A stretch of 64,000 nucleotides of DNA from Antedon mediterranea (Eukaryota; Animalia; Echinodermata): the NCBI RefSeq assembly GCF_964355755.1, contig NC_092679.1, positions 15,359,432 to 15,423,431 on the forward strand, given 5' to 3'. Position 1 is the first letter of the stretch; the number at the start of each line of letters is the position of its first letter. Positions 21,684 to 36,100 of the stretch are shown one piece after another. The notes beneath the pieces are model-generated. The model searched no databases. It was not told the DNA's origin and was given only the letters and a program-made list of their open reading frames with translations. The position numbers and the translations under genes are program-made.

Positions 21684-23822
21684 CCCCGTACACCGAATGA
21701 AACATCAAGACATATTATCGTACGTTCTCAACGTAATCAAGTCTTTACACAAGCGAGGTCACTATTTAAAAATACCAGTAAATTTGTCATTGATGATCTC
21801 AGTGAATCAGACTTAAAGAAAAAAAGAGGCTTGAGAGAAGTGATGACCAAGGCATATGAAGAAGGGAAGTGACCTACTTTCAGAAATGGTAACCTCTATA
21901 TCAATGGTCAGTTATATGGCTAACTTTAATTGTATACATTATCCTGAGAAGTAATGATCACGGCCTATGATGAAAAGGGGAAGCAACCAACTTTCAGAAA
22001 TGGTACCTCGTGAATGTTAATGGTTTGTTGTATGGCAACCAACTTTAATTGCACATATTTTGTAACTGCTTTCTTTTAATTTCTTAAATGTTTAATTGGC
22101 GGAGCATGCTACTATTTAATTTTTTTCCTAAACATGTCAGAAAGAAAATACTTTATTATATATCTTATCTATTTATTATTATTTTTTATCTATTTATTAT
22201 TTACTCAAAAAAAATGCTAACACAAAGTAGTATAAATATCTTAAATATTAATATTACTATGCATATATATTATGATTGATTTTAACATTACTAATTCATA
22301 CCTTGATTATGACGCATTTGATGATCAAGGGTTTTTTCCTTTAAATTGTGAATACCTCACTGAACACAAATTTCATGAACATTTTGCATCGGATACAAAC
22401 CAAATTTCATTACTACACTTCAATATCCGTAGTATGAATACAAATTTTGACCACCTCTATAATTCTTTTTTATCACATATTGATTCTGCTCCTACAATTG
22501 TTGGTCTCACAGAGACTTGGCTATCTGATTCTTCACATAACCTTTACTCACTCCCTGGCTATAATTTGTTAACAAACAGTAGACCTGGCGATCAACGTGG
22601 AGGTGGTGTAGCAATATACTTGCCTTCTACCTTCGATTGCCAAGAATTATCTGAATTACAATTTATGAATGACATATTGGAATCTATTTTTGTAGAAATC
22701 GGATGTCCTAATAAAAAAAATATTGTCGTTGGAGTCGTGTACAGACCACCACAAAGTAAGTTATCATTATTTAACACTGAAATTGAAAACATTCTCTCAC
22801 ATCAAGCATTAACAAATAAAAATGTGTTTATTATGGGCGATTTTAATTTAAATTTACTACATCACGATGAAAATGCACGCATTAGTGAATTTCTAGATAC
22901 ATTAATTTCATTTTCACTTATTCCACTTATTACCAAACCCACACGTGTAACTGATACTTCATCTACGTTACTTGACAATATTTTTAGCAATATCCACCCA
23001 TTCCCGGTCTCGGGAATTTTTGTATTCGATATATCGGATCATTTTCCGATATTTGCAAAAACCTCGCTAACGGTTAATCAACATTGTAACTGTCATTGTA
23101 ATACGACAATCTACTCTTTTAATCCCCAATCGTTGGCTCACTTTAAAGAACGTTTGGCAAACTCTGATTAACAATTAGTTCTAGATGAAAATGACGCTAA
23201 CAAGTCTTTTGATGTATTTATGGAAAGACTTAAATTTCTTCAAAATGAATGTTTTAGTCAAAGGGCAAGTCGTGTCAGAAGTCGTAAAAAAATCCCTCGT
23301 ATGCCATGGATATCAAGGTCTATATTAAAATCAATAAATAAGAAGAACAAACTTTTTTATAAATTTAAAATTTCTAAAACACTCGAATCTAAGACGAAAT
23401 ATAACAAATATAAAAATATTCTTACATCCTTAATACGTTCTGCTAAGAAAGACTATTTTTTCGGTCAATTTCAATCCGTATACAATGATATAAGAGGAAC
23501 GTGGAAAGTGATAAATTCTGTATTGAATCCCGACCAAAGTCGCAAAGCGATCGGAAAATTAAAAATTAATGGTCAAACTACCGATGACAAACAGATCATA
23601 GTTGAACACCTCAATGAATATTTCTCAAATATTGGCACTTCCTTAGCACAATCGATTCCAACTACAAACAAATCTTTTCATAGTTATATGAATGATCCGA
23701 ATAAAAACAGTATTTTTTTCGTTCCAATAACGGAAATGGACGTTATTGATAGTGTAAATACCCTTAAGAAAAAAAAAGTCCTGGATTTGATGGAATAAGC
23801 AATGATTTAATTAAAAGCATTA

Positions 23823-24220
23823 AGGCCCATTCACACTAGGACGATAACGATCGACGATAATAGACAATAATTTGCATTTTTCATACATAAAATAAAAGAA
23901 ATTAAAACCTTTTCATTCTAGAACTATAGAATAACCATCTATGCTTTCTTTGATGAAAATGATATTTTCACACGTCCAATCAAATGACGTCATGATTATA
24001 AGAGCAATAATATCGTGACAATACAACGATTTTATTGTTTTTATGTATCATGACGTCATTTGATTGGAATTTTTAAAATATTATTTTTATCAAAGACAGC
24101 ATAAATGATTATCCTATAGTCCTAGAACGAAACCCTTTCTAATTTCTTTTGTTTTATGTTAAAAAAATGCATGCTTATATATTTATCGTCGATCCTTATC
24201 GTCCTAGTGTGAATGGGCCT
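23823..24220. mobile_element. PIF/Harbinger-type MITE in LINE ORF2
   Basis: TIR AGGCCCATTCACACTAGGACGATAA / TTATCGTCCTAGTGTGAATGGGCCT, flanked by TA/TWA. Nearly palindromic throughout. Confidence 0.85.
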
Positions 24221-24400
24221 TACTTCCCAACATTGTAACGCCTTTAACTCATATATATAATCTTTCAATATGTAACGGGTGTGTCCCTAAAAGAATGAAA
24301 ATTGCGAAAGTAATTCCTTTATTAAAGAAAGGAAGTCCTCAAGAAGCATCAAATTACCGACCAATTTCACTATTGACATCATTTTCAAAAATTTTAGAAA

Positions 24401-25882
24401 CTAGACGGCACGCTCGCTTCGCTCGCGTACCATCTAGGTCGTGCCCACAGATGGTTCTCGAATACACAGTATTTCCAGCGAGAAAAAAATGGAGATTTCA
24501 AATGTACGTACCGCAGGACTATAATACATTGTCGTTTACAGAAACGAATAAATATACACAATGATTTATGTAATCAACCAAAATTAGCACCCTGAGAATT
24601 ACTTCCGAGAGAGAAACAAAATGAGTCAAAATTTTTTATTTGGACTCATTTAAACAAACCCAATTTGTGTTTTGTATGTAACATTAAGGGTTGAGGGATG
24701 GGGGAAGAAGATAGGTACAAAGAGGAAACATTTTAAAATATATTCTTATCCACCACTCAGTAACGAAATATTGTTTTTAATGTTTTATAGGCCTATAAAT
24801 AATATACCACTAAATACAGTAAAACATTTACGATTTAATACGGTACGTTGTTAAAACTCTCACTGTCATAGTCGATTGAAATAGTAAAGTACATGTAACG
24901 ATACACCACTACGACGTTTATATAGTTTTAAATTATTAATTAATACAAACGTTGAGAAGCAACTGTCAGTAATAACGTTTATTTATTTGTATATTATATG
25001 TTTATAATCTAACAGTAGGGCCTACCCACACTCACAGTAATAAAGTTTATTTGTAATACCTTAACAGTATTGTACAGCATTGCAATACTATTTATGTTTA
25101 TTCTCCAAGGGGGCCCATAAATCTAAATCTATACCTCTATGGTTAAACCAAATAATTTGGAATGTTTATTTGTATATTATATGTTTATAATCTAACAGTA
25201 GGGCCTACCCACACTCACAGTAATAAAGTTTATTTGTTTATATTTTTATATTACATCTAACAGTACCGACACTCACAGTAAGACATTTGCGATTCAAATT
25301 GCGATCAAAAGTGGTTAATACCTTAACAGTATTGTACAGCATTGCAATACTATTTATGTTTATTCTCCAAGGAGGCCCATAAATCTAAATCTATACCTGT
25401 ATGGTTAAACCAAATAATTTGGAATGTTCCATTCATCACAAATCAATACATTTGTAAAAACGTATATTAAATGTATCAAAATAGTATTTTTTAAAGAAAA
25501 TCGGCCTGTCTTCAACATTATGATGCTGTACTCGAACTGTTCAACCGGTTTTCAGCTATTAAAAACAATTATCGTAGGAGGAGATAGAAAAATGCGAAGC
25601 CTCCTCGCATTTTTGTGGCGGGTATTTTTCAAGATGGACATCCATTAGACAGTGTATACCACGATCGGAAAACACCCCTATTTGGGGCAAATCTTTGAAC
25701 CTAAATTCGTTTTAATCGTCAATAACTAATTATCTAACTTAATTTAATTAGTAAACAGGGTTAAATCAGGTGGTTAAAATCAGTACCGAAAGTACGAACC
25801 AACTTTACATACCATCGAGTAAAAATTCTAAAAGTAAGGCGCGATTTACCGAATTTTGCCCTTACGTAAATTTATATATAGA
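24401..25882 (-). mobile_element. Non-autonomous Helitron, copy 1
   Basis: Minus strand 5' TCTATATATA ... GC-rich hairpin CGCGAGCGAAGCGAGCGTG ... CTAG 3'; no TSD. Removing it restores LINE codons TTA GAA AAG CTT (ILEKLVYMR). Internal direct duplications at 24978-25425. Confidence 0.88.
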
Positions 25883-27233
25883 AGCTTGTATATATGCGGA
25901 CTTTACATTTTTTAAACCAGTGTAATATTTTTTCAAACATTCAATTTGGATTTAGAGAAAAGCACACTACGTCACATGCCATTTTACACTTCGTTGACAT
26001 GATTACATCAGCCTTAGATAATCATATGCATACAATTGGTATTTTCCTCGATTACTCCAAAGCTTTCGATACTGTTAATCATGAAATCTTACTGCATAAA
26101 TTATCAAACTATGGAATTAGAGGGGTGGCTCAAAAATGGTTTAGAAGTTACCTTTCTGATAGGCAACAATTTGTATCATTAAATAATTTTGAATCAAGCT
26201 GCAGACCTGTTACATGTGGTGTCCCCCAGGGTTCGATTCTGGGCCCACTTCTTTTCATAATTTATGCAAATGATTTCAATAATATATCTAATGTCATGTC
26301 GTCAATACTGTTTGCGGATGATTCAAGTCTGTTTTATTCGCATGATGATCCAGATAGTCTATGTGACATCGTTAATCAAGAACTAAAAAAGGTTACTACT
26401 TGGATACATGCAAACAAGCTATCACTAAATATGCTAAAAACCAATTTTATGTTGTTTAGTAACAAATATAGTATGTTACCAAAAGATATTATTTTCAACA
26501 ATGTTCCTATTAATCAAATAACCAACACAAAATTTTTTGGTATATTTATTGACGACAGACTTGACTGGAAAGCCCATGTTAATTACCTTTGCAAATTATT
26601 ATCAAAAAATGTTGGCATGATGTATAAATTGAAATCAATATTTCCTCAAAAAGTATTAAATATTTTATATTCTACTCTTATTTTATCGTACTTAAATTAT
26701 GGTGTTCTTGCTTGGGGAAATGCTTCAAAATCAATTATTACTAAAATTTTATTAATCCAGAAACGAGCTGTCAGAATTATCTCAGGGGTAACTTTTCGTG
26801 CTCACACCCAAGATCTCTTTCAAAAAAATAAAATATTAAAAATTGAGGATCTCTATAGATTTAATGTTGGTGTCATCATATTTCAATTAACCGCCGGACA
26901 CTTACCACCTATAATATCCAGTAAATTACTCAAAATAAACAATACCACACTCACCAAACAAGACAAAAAGATCAGTATCACCTGCCATTTACTCGAACTA
27001 GACTTAAAATGAATACCCTTGTATATACTGGACCTAAACTCTGGAATTCTCTTCCTTTATCTCTTAAAAAATCTCATAACTGTGCTTTATTTAAACGTCA
27101 ATTTAAACTATTATTGGTTGAAGGTTCTTTGTAAATTCTTTTATTATTGATATATTTGATATTTCTTAAATAATTTATATAATCTATTTTTTACTTGTTT
27201 TTTTAGTTTTAAACATGTTAAACTTATGTGTTA

Positions 27234-28254
27234 CAGGCCCGTAGCCAGGGGGGGGTTTTATGGTTCGGGCGAACCCCCCTTTACAGCGAACCCCCCTTAA
27301 CCGACTGCGAACCCCCATCCCCGACATGCCCAATACCTCACTCTCATCTACAAAAATCCTCCAAATACGTGCCCCACAGTACAAAAAATTGTTTGTAAAT
27401 TGAAAAATTCGTAAACTTGTTCGTGAACCTTCTTCTCTGTATGAGCGTCAACTAGCGATACGTGTCTGTAAATTTGTAAAAGCTGCAAATGAATTGCCGA
27501 TTTTAACCTGAAAAATAAATGTTTGGTCCCTGCATGTAACATGATATTGACGCGTCTCATAGCGAACTGGGGCACGAACGATTCGTACAAAGGACACCGC
27601 CAGACAACTGCGTACCTATAATTGTTTAGATCACTGGCAGTCAGGCAGCATGCATAAAGTATATAGCCTTCCGACGTACATCAGTATTTATGTGTGACTA
27701 TGAAGTATAATGTATCATAGAGGATTATAGTGAATATTAATATTTTACACTATAATATCTATGGTATCAAGTACTGTAGTTCACATTATGGCATCCGATT
27801 ATTTTTTTCTAGACCACCAGCCGATACGTACTAAAATGTATCAATATCACCTATTTAAATATTTATATTCCTCAACAAATTGCTGTAAATAAATATTATA
27901 GATAGAGCTAGCAAATAGCATTTGCCTTCAACCAGTGTGCTTTTTTCGGGGCTGCTCCTAGATGTACGTTCTCATTGAACTTGAACGCAAAACAAAATAC
28001 GGAGTAAATGATCAAACAATCGGCGGTTCCGCACAGAGCACGCGCATCTAACATACGGCAACAAATAGTTATCGTCCTTTAAATTATCGACGTGTTTGAG
28101 AAGGAGGAAAAAAGTACGATCTTTTTGCTCATTGGTAGCATGCTGCACGAGAGTGTCTTTTCCGGCCATCTAGGGGTGTCATTTAACAAAATTCGCTTCG
28201 CATCAGGCCCCGCCCCCGGGGGGGGGGGGGTTTGACCCAAATATTTAGTGTCCG

Positions 28255-28290
<36 letters not shown>

Positions 28291-28316
28291 TTTGACAGAT
28301 CCTGGCTACGGCCCTG
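27234..28316. mobile_element. hAT-type MITE with 5-bp TSD (hAT5-like) in the LINE 3' UTR
   Basis: TIR CAGGCCCGTAGCCAGG / CCTGGCTACGGCCCTG; TSD TGTTA on both sides; subterminal poly-G and poly-C runs. Confidence 0.8.
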
Positions 28317-28976
28317 TGTTAGAGAAAAGATATTAGTTTAATTGTTGTTTTTTTTGGAGTTTCTAATTGTGTTATATTATTTATATTTTATTTGTTTTGT
28401 TTTGAGGAGCCTATTCACCACAAGCTTTGCTTTCTTTTAGGCTCCTCCACTTTATATTTATAAAGTGAAATAAATAAATGAAATGAAATGAAAATATAAC
28501 TATTTACACGAATATAAAACATTCATTATTTGTTTTATATAACATCTAAATAGATTCCTATTTGAATCAAATAAAAGGTAGGCCTAGCCAAGGCCTATAT
28601 TTGATTCACATTGATTAAAACAGTAACATTTGGTTTTTAATAATTATATTAAATATTATTATTATATGGATTTATTAACGCACCTACTGTTAGCGTTAAT
28701 TATGTCAACAAACGACCAAACAATCCTAGGCCTAGCAAGGCTAAAACGCCTGAGCCTAGTCGAATACTAAAAAGCCTACTACTAGGCCTAGCTAGGTCTA
28801 GGCTGAAAGAAAGCAATACAAAATTTCGACAGGCAACTGTCTAATTATGTTTTTTCCAACGATTCCACGTCTTGTAGGGATGTCCCCATTAATTAATCAA
28901 AATCCTAAAAACGATCTAAATTTAATTTAAATGAAATTAGTACATAATGTATCTCCAAATCATACACAAAAATCTG

Positions 28977-29866
28977 GGCGCTAGTTCCGTTTCGCACCTG
29001 TCGTTTATTTCGACTCAAAATTGGTTAAGTAACTTTATCGTGAGTACCACACCTTAGAATTAGGCCTCAAAAATATTTTTACGAAGGAGATCACACAAAA
29101 AGTAAAAAATAAATCCTTTAAATTGATGAATTTACAGACGTGTTTCTCGCACATCGGTTCGTGAATTTCGCATACTCCATGTTCAATGTTGTTGTTTCTA
29201 TGGAGCGCCAAAAGAGCAATCATAATAGAGGGCTAAAAACTCAATAAATTGCGTATATTTAATGCATTTATTGGTGAAAATTACGTTCAATTTTATCAAA
29301 TTTTGTCAATGTCAATGCAACAAAAATATTACTGTTGATACTGTACATGGTTTTTGCAGGAACTTTTAGGAATGAAAATCGACAAATTCATCATCATATT
29401 ACATGTACTGTAGGGGTATACCTGATCTAAATAATATTCCTCTTAGTCTAATACTCTTAGGCCTAGGGTTGGTTGCTATTTGAAAACAGCAAATTATTAG
29501 CAGTAAAATGTTACAGCATTTTTATTGACAAAATATATTAAAATTAAACGTGTATTTCAATAATAAATGCATTAAAAGAAGACGCGTTCCACTGAGTTTT
29601 TAACCATCTATTGTTGTTGCTCTTTTGGCGCTCCATAGAAACGAAAATATTGAACTTCGAGTATGCTAAATTCGCGAACGGTATGCGAGAAACATGTCTG
29701 TAAAATCATCAATTTAAGGATTTATTAGTTACTTTTTATGTGATTCTTCTTCATAAAAGTACTTATGAGGCCCAATTTTAAGGTGTGGTATTCACAATAA
29801 GTTGCTTAACAATTTGGAGTCAAAAGGAAGTCGAAATAAAAACAGGTGCGAAACGGAACTAGCGCC
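28977..29866. mobile_element. Merlin-like MITE with long (~350 bp) TIRs
   Basis: GGCGCTAGTTCCGTTTCGCACCTGT ... ACAGGTGCGAAACGGAACTAGCGCC; 8-bp TSD AAAATCTG (28969-28976/29867-29874); GG termini. Confidence 0.82.
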
Positions 29867-30189
29867 AAAATCTGCTGCTGTTACAAACAAAACAGAGGCA
29901 AGACAACAGGAGGCGCTGTTGTATTTTACAGTAATTTGTACACTAGATTTTTTTTCATCCGCGAAACGTTTTTTTTTTTCGTACACAAAATGTTTAGAAA
30001 GTACTATTAAACGGTCGTTCAATAGTCCGTACTATTGCACGCCATATGATCCACAATTATCCAATCAAATAACAGGAATTTATTTAGGTGTTATATAATA
30101 TAAAATAGACGCGAATCTCATTGTTTATTACCGGTACCGGTGGATCGGTTTATGTCATACTCTTGTAAAATTGCATCGTTTGCCTTGGT

Positions 30190-33100
30190 TTATTCTTCGA
30201 TAGCTTTGTAAGATTTCGTTTCGTGTTTAGCTAAGTTCTCATCTGAGCGTTTCTGTTCTGTTGCACTCCCAAATAACAAAAAAGTAAACATTCCAATTAG
30301 TCCTATTCCAGCAGTTATGTTAAACATCCAAGACCATTGCTTGAATGTATTCTGAAAATAGGTAAACATTTCATGATTAGCAGCGTATCCATGATTTTTC
30401 AATTACATGTCGTTGCTTTTTTCGTTTTTAGTTGCATGTCGCTGCTTTTTTTTGGTTTTTTTTTAGTTGCATGTCGCTGCTTTTTTCGTTTTTTTTTTGT
30501 TGCATGTCGCTCTTTCAATTGCAATGAAGTCGCTGCTTTTTTTGTTTTTCGTTACAATTCATTAATTTATTCATTTATTTCTATACAATCAACTTTATGA
30601 AACAATCATTACTTACATTGTCTACAGTGAATGCTCCTAACATCATTGGACCAATAAAGCAGCCGGGGCCTGCAAGTGATGTCATAATTCCAGCAATAAC
30701 CCCTGAATGACCTTTAGATATTTCCATTATATTCGGTATGACACTTGATGTATAAAATCCTAGAGAACTAAATGCTACAGTAAGAAAAACCACTGATGCA
30801 CCTGAGCTCTCTTCGAAAACCCCAATACAAATCAGGCACAGTGAAGATATTCCCAAAGCTAAAAAGAAGTATAGAAGACACGAAATTCAACATACTTTTT
30901 TTCAAAAATAGTTCATACTCTTGTAATAAAAAAAACGGTTTCAACATTAAACATGTATAGATATGACAATTATCGGCTGTCACGACAAACTTTTGATCGA
31001 TTTAGTTTGAACTTAGAAGCATAGCACACTCAGTAAGTATTGTTATGGTGCCGCGTTTTATTCATGGATGTTATCGCCTGACACGAAATCAGCCAATAAA
31101 ATTATACATAGGCATATTATTAATATATATATATAAGTATGCCTAATCCTTACTTAGAAATGTAAAAAGCTTCCTTGTATTCACGAGTGTCAAATATTTA
31201 CGCTGGATAATAAAGTCTGCACATATTCCAGATGTTTGAACCACCAACAGCTGGAACAGACCTGGCATAGATGTTAATAATCCAGTCTACAAAATAGAAA
31301 CCGAGAACTAGCTTTATACCTGCATCTGACCACCAACCGCTCTAACACCACTTATGTCAGCCAATATCCTATACAGTATATTTAACCACCATCATAAATG
31401 TTTTACTTACTGTTTTCAGGTCGAATCCTAAGATTACATTTATAAAAATCGGTGACTCGGTAAGAAGGAGCACAAGAATAAATATAAAAGCCCAATACGC
31501 AATGACTAAAGCCCATACTGCAGACGATGTAAATATCTTAAACCAGGCAATTGGTGTATTCTAAAAATAAAGAAGATTGTTTAATAGTAAAGTATAAACA
31601 ATGGTTATACTCTCAATTCATGTTGAAGAAAGCTTTAGAGGTGCATACAGGTATAATGAATACTAGTCTAGTTAGTGTCTTTGTCCATGTTAGTCCACCG
31701 TTTTGATTTTTCAATTTATATCTATGAAACGCCAAATGTGCCAACATGTCTATCTTTGGAAATACAATTTAGAAATTCGATGGATTAAATGGATTAATAA
31801 TCTGATACCGTAAATATTAGTATGTCGAACTCAACCAAGAACGAATGCTAACCTACCAAATCCTGCCCCTAAATCTTAACGGCGCATGCGCAGAGCAATT
31901 AAATGTGCGTGCTTAAGGGCCGCAAGAGACATTGTCCATTTGATCTAAAGCCAATACAAGTCCTTCGTTTTCATTTATCCATGGTCGTTCTCGTACTACG
32001 TATACCAAGTAGTTCTTATGCATTAGTTTGAACGTCACAAATTTAGTTATATATATATTTGATTATCGGGGTTTAGATGTCATCAGTACATTTCAGTAGG
32101 GGTTTTTTTAGTGACAAAATTATTTAAATTTTTGAAAAAGTGTTATTTTGATCATTTTAATATTTCTGTTTTAATAGTTACCCAGTCCGCTTAATACTGT
32201 ACATGTATTATTACGATACCGTTTCTTCGGAAGGGGTTAGTAAAGAGTAGACTAATAGTTATAACTAGAATTTAATTCGTCACTTTGACGAATTATAGGT
32301 GATCATTATTATCATTTTATTGACATTAATTAATTACTGAAAATAATTTGTTTTAAACATGCACGTACGTTATCATACGATCGGAAAATGATGATACATT
32401 CCATCCTATTATATGCTTATAGTGTTGAGTTGTGCCTATTATATGCCATATACAATATACAGTATATACTGTATATCTATATACAGTGTAGCATAGGTGA
32501 AATTACGGAACTCATATCGTGTTCTAATTTTTTGGTATGATGGAATTTTCAAAATAAACTCGAAGATGACAATTTCGAAAGATAATGAATTGAGCAAATA
32601 AATATAAGGATTGGAAGAAAATTTGACACGTAGAAGCGCAATGAAATTTGTATAACTTTGACTAAAGAAATTTAAAAACTACTTTTTAACTTCAACTGGC
32701 CATTTGATAACATCACAACATCCGATAGGCTTAATTTTAATATGAATTCATATCTACATTTCATCAGCTTTCATAATAAGTTATAATCTTCAAGGTCACC
32801 TTTAATTCTGAAGAGCTATAAGATATTCAAATGTATGGTGTAGCTGAAATTACACGACCTAGGTTATTCAAGTTTTTACGCGTGATGACGTCATCAAAAT
32901 AAAAATGTTGACAACTCATTAGAAGAATAATTAATTGAGCAAGCACCTACTAAAAGTTGTGCGAAAATCTGGCACAAATAACGGAGATGCGCTCTATTGA
33001 ATGTGATAACCCACACAAAAAGAAAAAAATTCCTAATTTTTAAATTCAAGTGGCCATTTGATGACGTCATACCATTTTGTACGTCTAATGTGTAGATACA

Positions 33101-36100
33101 TTTGTATCTACAACTTATTGGCTTCCATAATAAGTTAAAAAAATTGGGGGTCATCTGCCATTCTGAAGAGTTATATTCATTTTTAAAAGTCCTTATTTTT
33201 TACCATTTTTAGCACTTTTGTACAATTAGTGTGCGCATTTTGTCATTTTTAACGTGCTCGTATAGCGTTATTTTAAGTCGGAATGGACTCAAAATTGGTG
33301 AATGTACTAAGGATTGTGAGTAGAATGTGATTTATACATCAAATTTTATTTTTTACGCATTTTAAGAATCGTGCGCACAAAAACGCATGACCTTGAAACG
33401 CGCAACTTTTTATTTTCTAATATTTTTACCCTTAACCTGAAGTTTACCTGTAGTGAATTTCATTAATATGTCATAATGAATTATGGAGATATGATTGATA
33501 ATGTGATTTCACAAAATGGCGTATAAATGACGTCACGGATGAGTGATCACGCTGGAAAGCTGATTAGGATTAAGTTATATTATTTGAAAGATATTCTGAA
33601 ATTTTGGTAATCATTGACATTGAACTTTTTGAGATAATTGTTACACAAAATAGTGTACAGAAACAATAAAAAGAAAAAAAAATAATAATAATAAAGATTT
33701 CATACAATAACAATAGGTGATCATTTTATTCTAAATGATCACCTAATTATACCATGTTAATAACTATACCATTTCCACGTTGATGTTAAACCAGACCTAT
33801 ATCTATTTTGTGAGAGTGTTGTGGAGTAAAATACTTCATATTTTTAACGATTAGGCTGATTTAAATAAAACTTGGTAGGTAAATAATAAAGTTCATGGAC
33901 TGGTTAAAGATGCGGTCAAAGGTCATTCCTCTGACTGGGTTCATGTTCTATTGAACATAATTATAACTAGTTTTAAATGTAATTGTGTTGTAGGCATTAT
34001 AACTGCTTTAATACCGGTAATAATCATTATCAATAATGTTATTCTACTCGTACCTCTTCAAGCGTTTCGAAACTGTTTATGTATTCACGTTCTGTATTGG
34101 AAATATACGGATCTTTATTTGGATTCTCATAAATGAATAACATCCATATCATTGCTATAAAAACTGAAAACACACCTAAAAAAAGAACAGTGTACATATC
34201 AAACAATATGGTAACTCTAATTTCGATTTTTTTTTCAATTGTCCTTTTTCTTGTTTTTAAATATTTTTAAGTGCAGTACAGCGCTAAGAACGTTATACAA
34301 ATCTATAATATTAGTGTTATTAATAATTAAAATTGGACCTTCCGTATCACTCTACAAAAATGATTGTTTAAAAAAAATTCAACTAATAATTGAGAAGATA
34401 TAAAACGTATTGCCTAACTAACATAGATTTGTTGAAATGGTGATGAATTAAACATTGGGCATTCATTCATTTAATCTATATATATACCAGTGTATAAACT
34501 TGTATTCCAAAAATTTAAATGTATTTACTGTATGTATAAAAGGTATACTGCCATCCACCAAAATCACAGATCAAACTTGACATCTTATTACAGAATGCTA
34601 CACTAAGAGGCAATGCTGTAAGAGAATAGTATTATTAATTTGATTAAAGCTTGGTTCCCACTAGAACGTAACGCAAGGACGTAAACGCAACGCAAGCGTA
34701 TTAACCAATGACAAGCGAAGTTATAGACAGTTAGCAATCACAAGCGAATAAGCCATCGCTTGTGATTGGTAAATTCACTTGCGTTGCGTTACGTCCTTGT
34801 GTTGCGTCGCTAGTGGGAACCACGCTTAAGAAGCCTAAAATATATTGCTTTCCACTGTGTGAATTTAGGCGCGTGAATCCAATATTTTAGTCGATTTGCT
34901 CATCAACAAACTCATTTCCCGTTCTCTGATTGGTTGCAAAAAATTGAAGCATTATTTTGTGCAATTTGAAATGCGCAAGAATTATCTTACGCATTTTGTA
35001 ATTGCGCAACGTGGTTATAACCTAGATGAACACTTGAAATGCCAAAAATATACCTTACCTGAAAATGCAATAGACATTAGTTTACTTCGTTCGTGTGGAA
35101 TTATCCAATTTTCTAATAATTCACAGAGAGCTGGGTAGTATACGCCCTGTAAAAAAACAATCCTAAATGTATATACTTCCGATGTAAGCCGGTCTTGTAG
35201 GAGGTGCACGAAAAAGACGCTCTTTATTTCAATTTCAGTTACCGGATTTATTCGAACAAATGTTTATTGTTCAGGAGGGTTTATTTGAGGGAGGCGTTTA
35301 TTGTGATAAAATACAGTAAAATTCAAAATGTTTAGGCCTAGTAAATTGTAGATCATATCAATCAAAGAATTCTACTATAAATAGAAGTAGTGTGTTGCAA
35401 TACAATATTGTGCATATGACGGGCGTTTATTTAAGGACATTTATAAACGCCTTTATTCGAGGGGTACGTTTATTCAGAGCGAAGCGTTTATTCGAATAAA
35501 AACGGTAATAAGGATTCAGGGCCGGTGCACACTGAACATTTTCACAGAAAACGTCATATCGAAGATCTTCAATAAGATTTAAATATTAAATTTAGCTATA
35601 CGGCATTAGCATTTTAAGAGTTGCTTACACATTTTATCTGATGTGTTGTGTATTTTGTTTGATTCTAGCCCACTCAAAATCTTAGGATAATCCATTTTTG
35701 TTTATACAATCTACTGTAGGCCTATATGAAACCTATCAAGTGTTAGTGACGTCATCACGGTTCACTAATATCCCTATAAAACACTAGTACTTTAATAGTA
35801 TTCTAATATTTGAGTCCTTTCGAAAGCAGCGGCGGACCTAGGGGTGGTGCCCTAGTGGCCCGGGCAACACCCTTAATTTCATACTAAATGTTGTTTCTGC
35901 CACTAAATTAAAATTGAGTCCCATTTCAATACAATACAATATCCATATTTATACGTTATAGAAGTCCAGTGTGGAAGAGAATATTTGTAAATTGGCAAAA
36001 TGCACAGCAGTCCCCAATAGGCTTACTATACCGCGCACAGATAAGGGGACCCCGGACCCGGAACTTGATAGGCTTCTATATATAAATTTACGTAAGGGCA

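Larger units (their letters stand above)
20100..28494 (+). mobile_element. Full-length decayed L2/Crack-group LINE (ORF1+ORF2) interrupted by four younger DNA elements
   Basis: ORF1 20255-~21923 has a coiled coil plus an L1-type RRM (LERHSRSYNLQFGGLPE, AHRIG). ORF2 22272-~27135: APE (NIRS, LTETWL, GDFN, SDH) and RT (YRPISLL, LDYSKAFDTVNH, GVPQGSILGP, LFADD). 3' stem-loop GAGGAGCCTA..TAGGCTCCTC (28404-28447) and (TGAAA)n tail. The 5' boundary is approximate. Confidence 0.9.

Noticed and set aside
28218-28290. Poly-G/poly-C runs as a regulatory G-quadruplex
   Set aside because: They are subterminal homopolymers of the hAT-type MITE, their lengths are error-prone, and there is no evidence of function.
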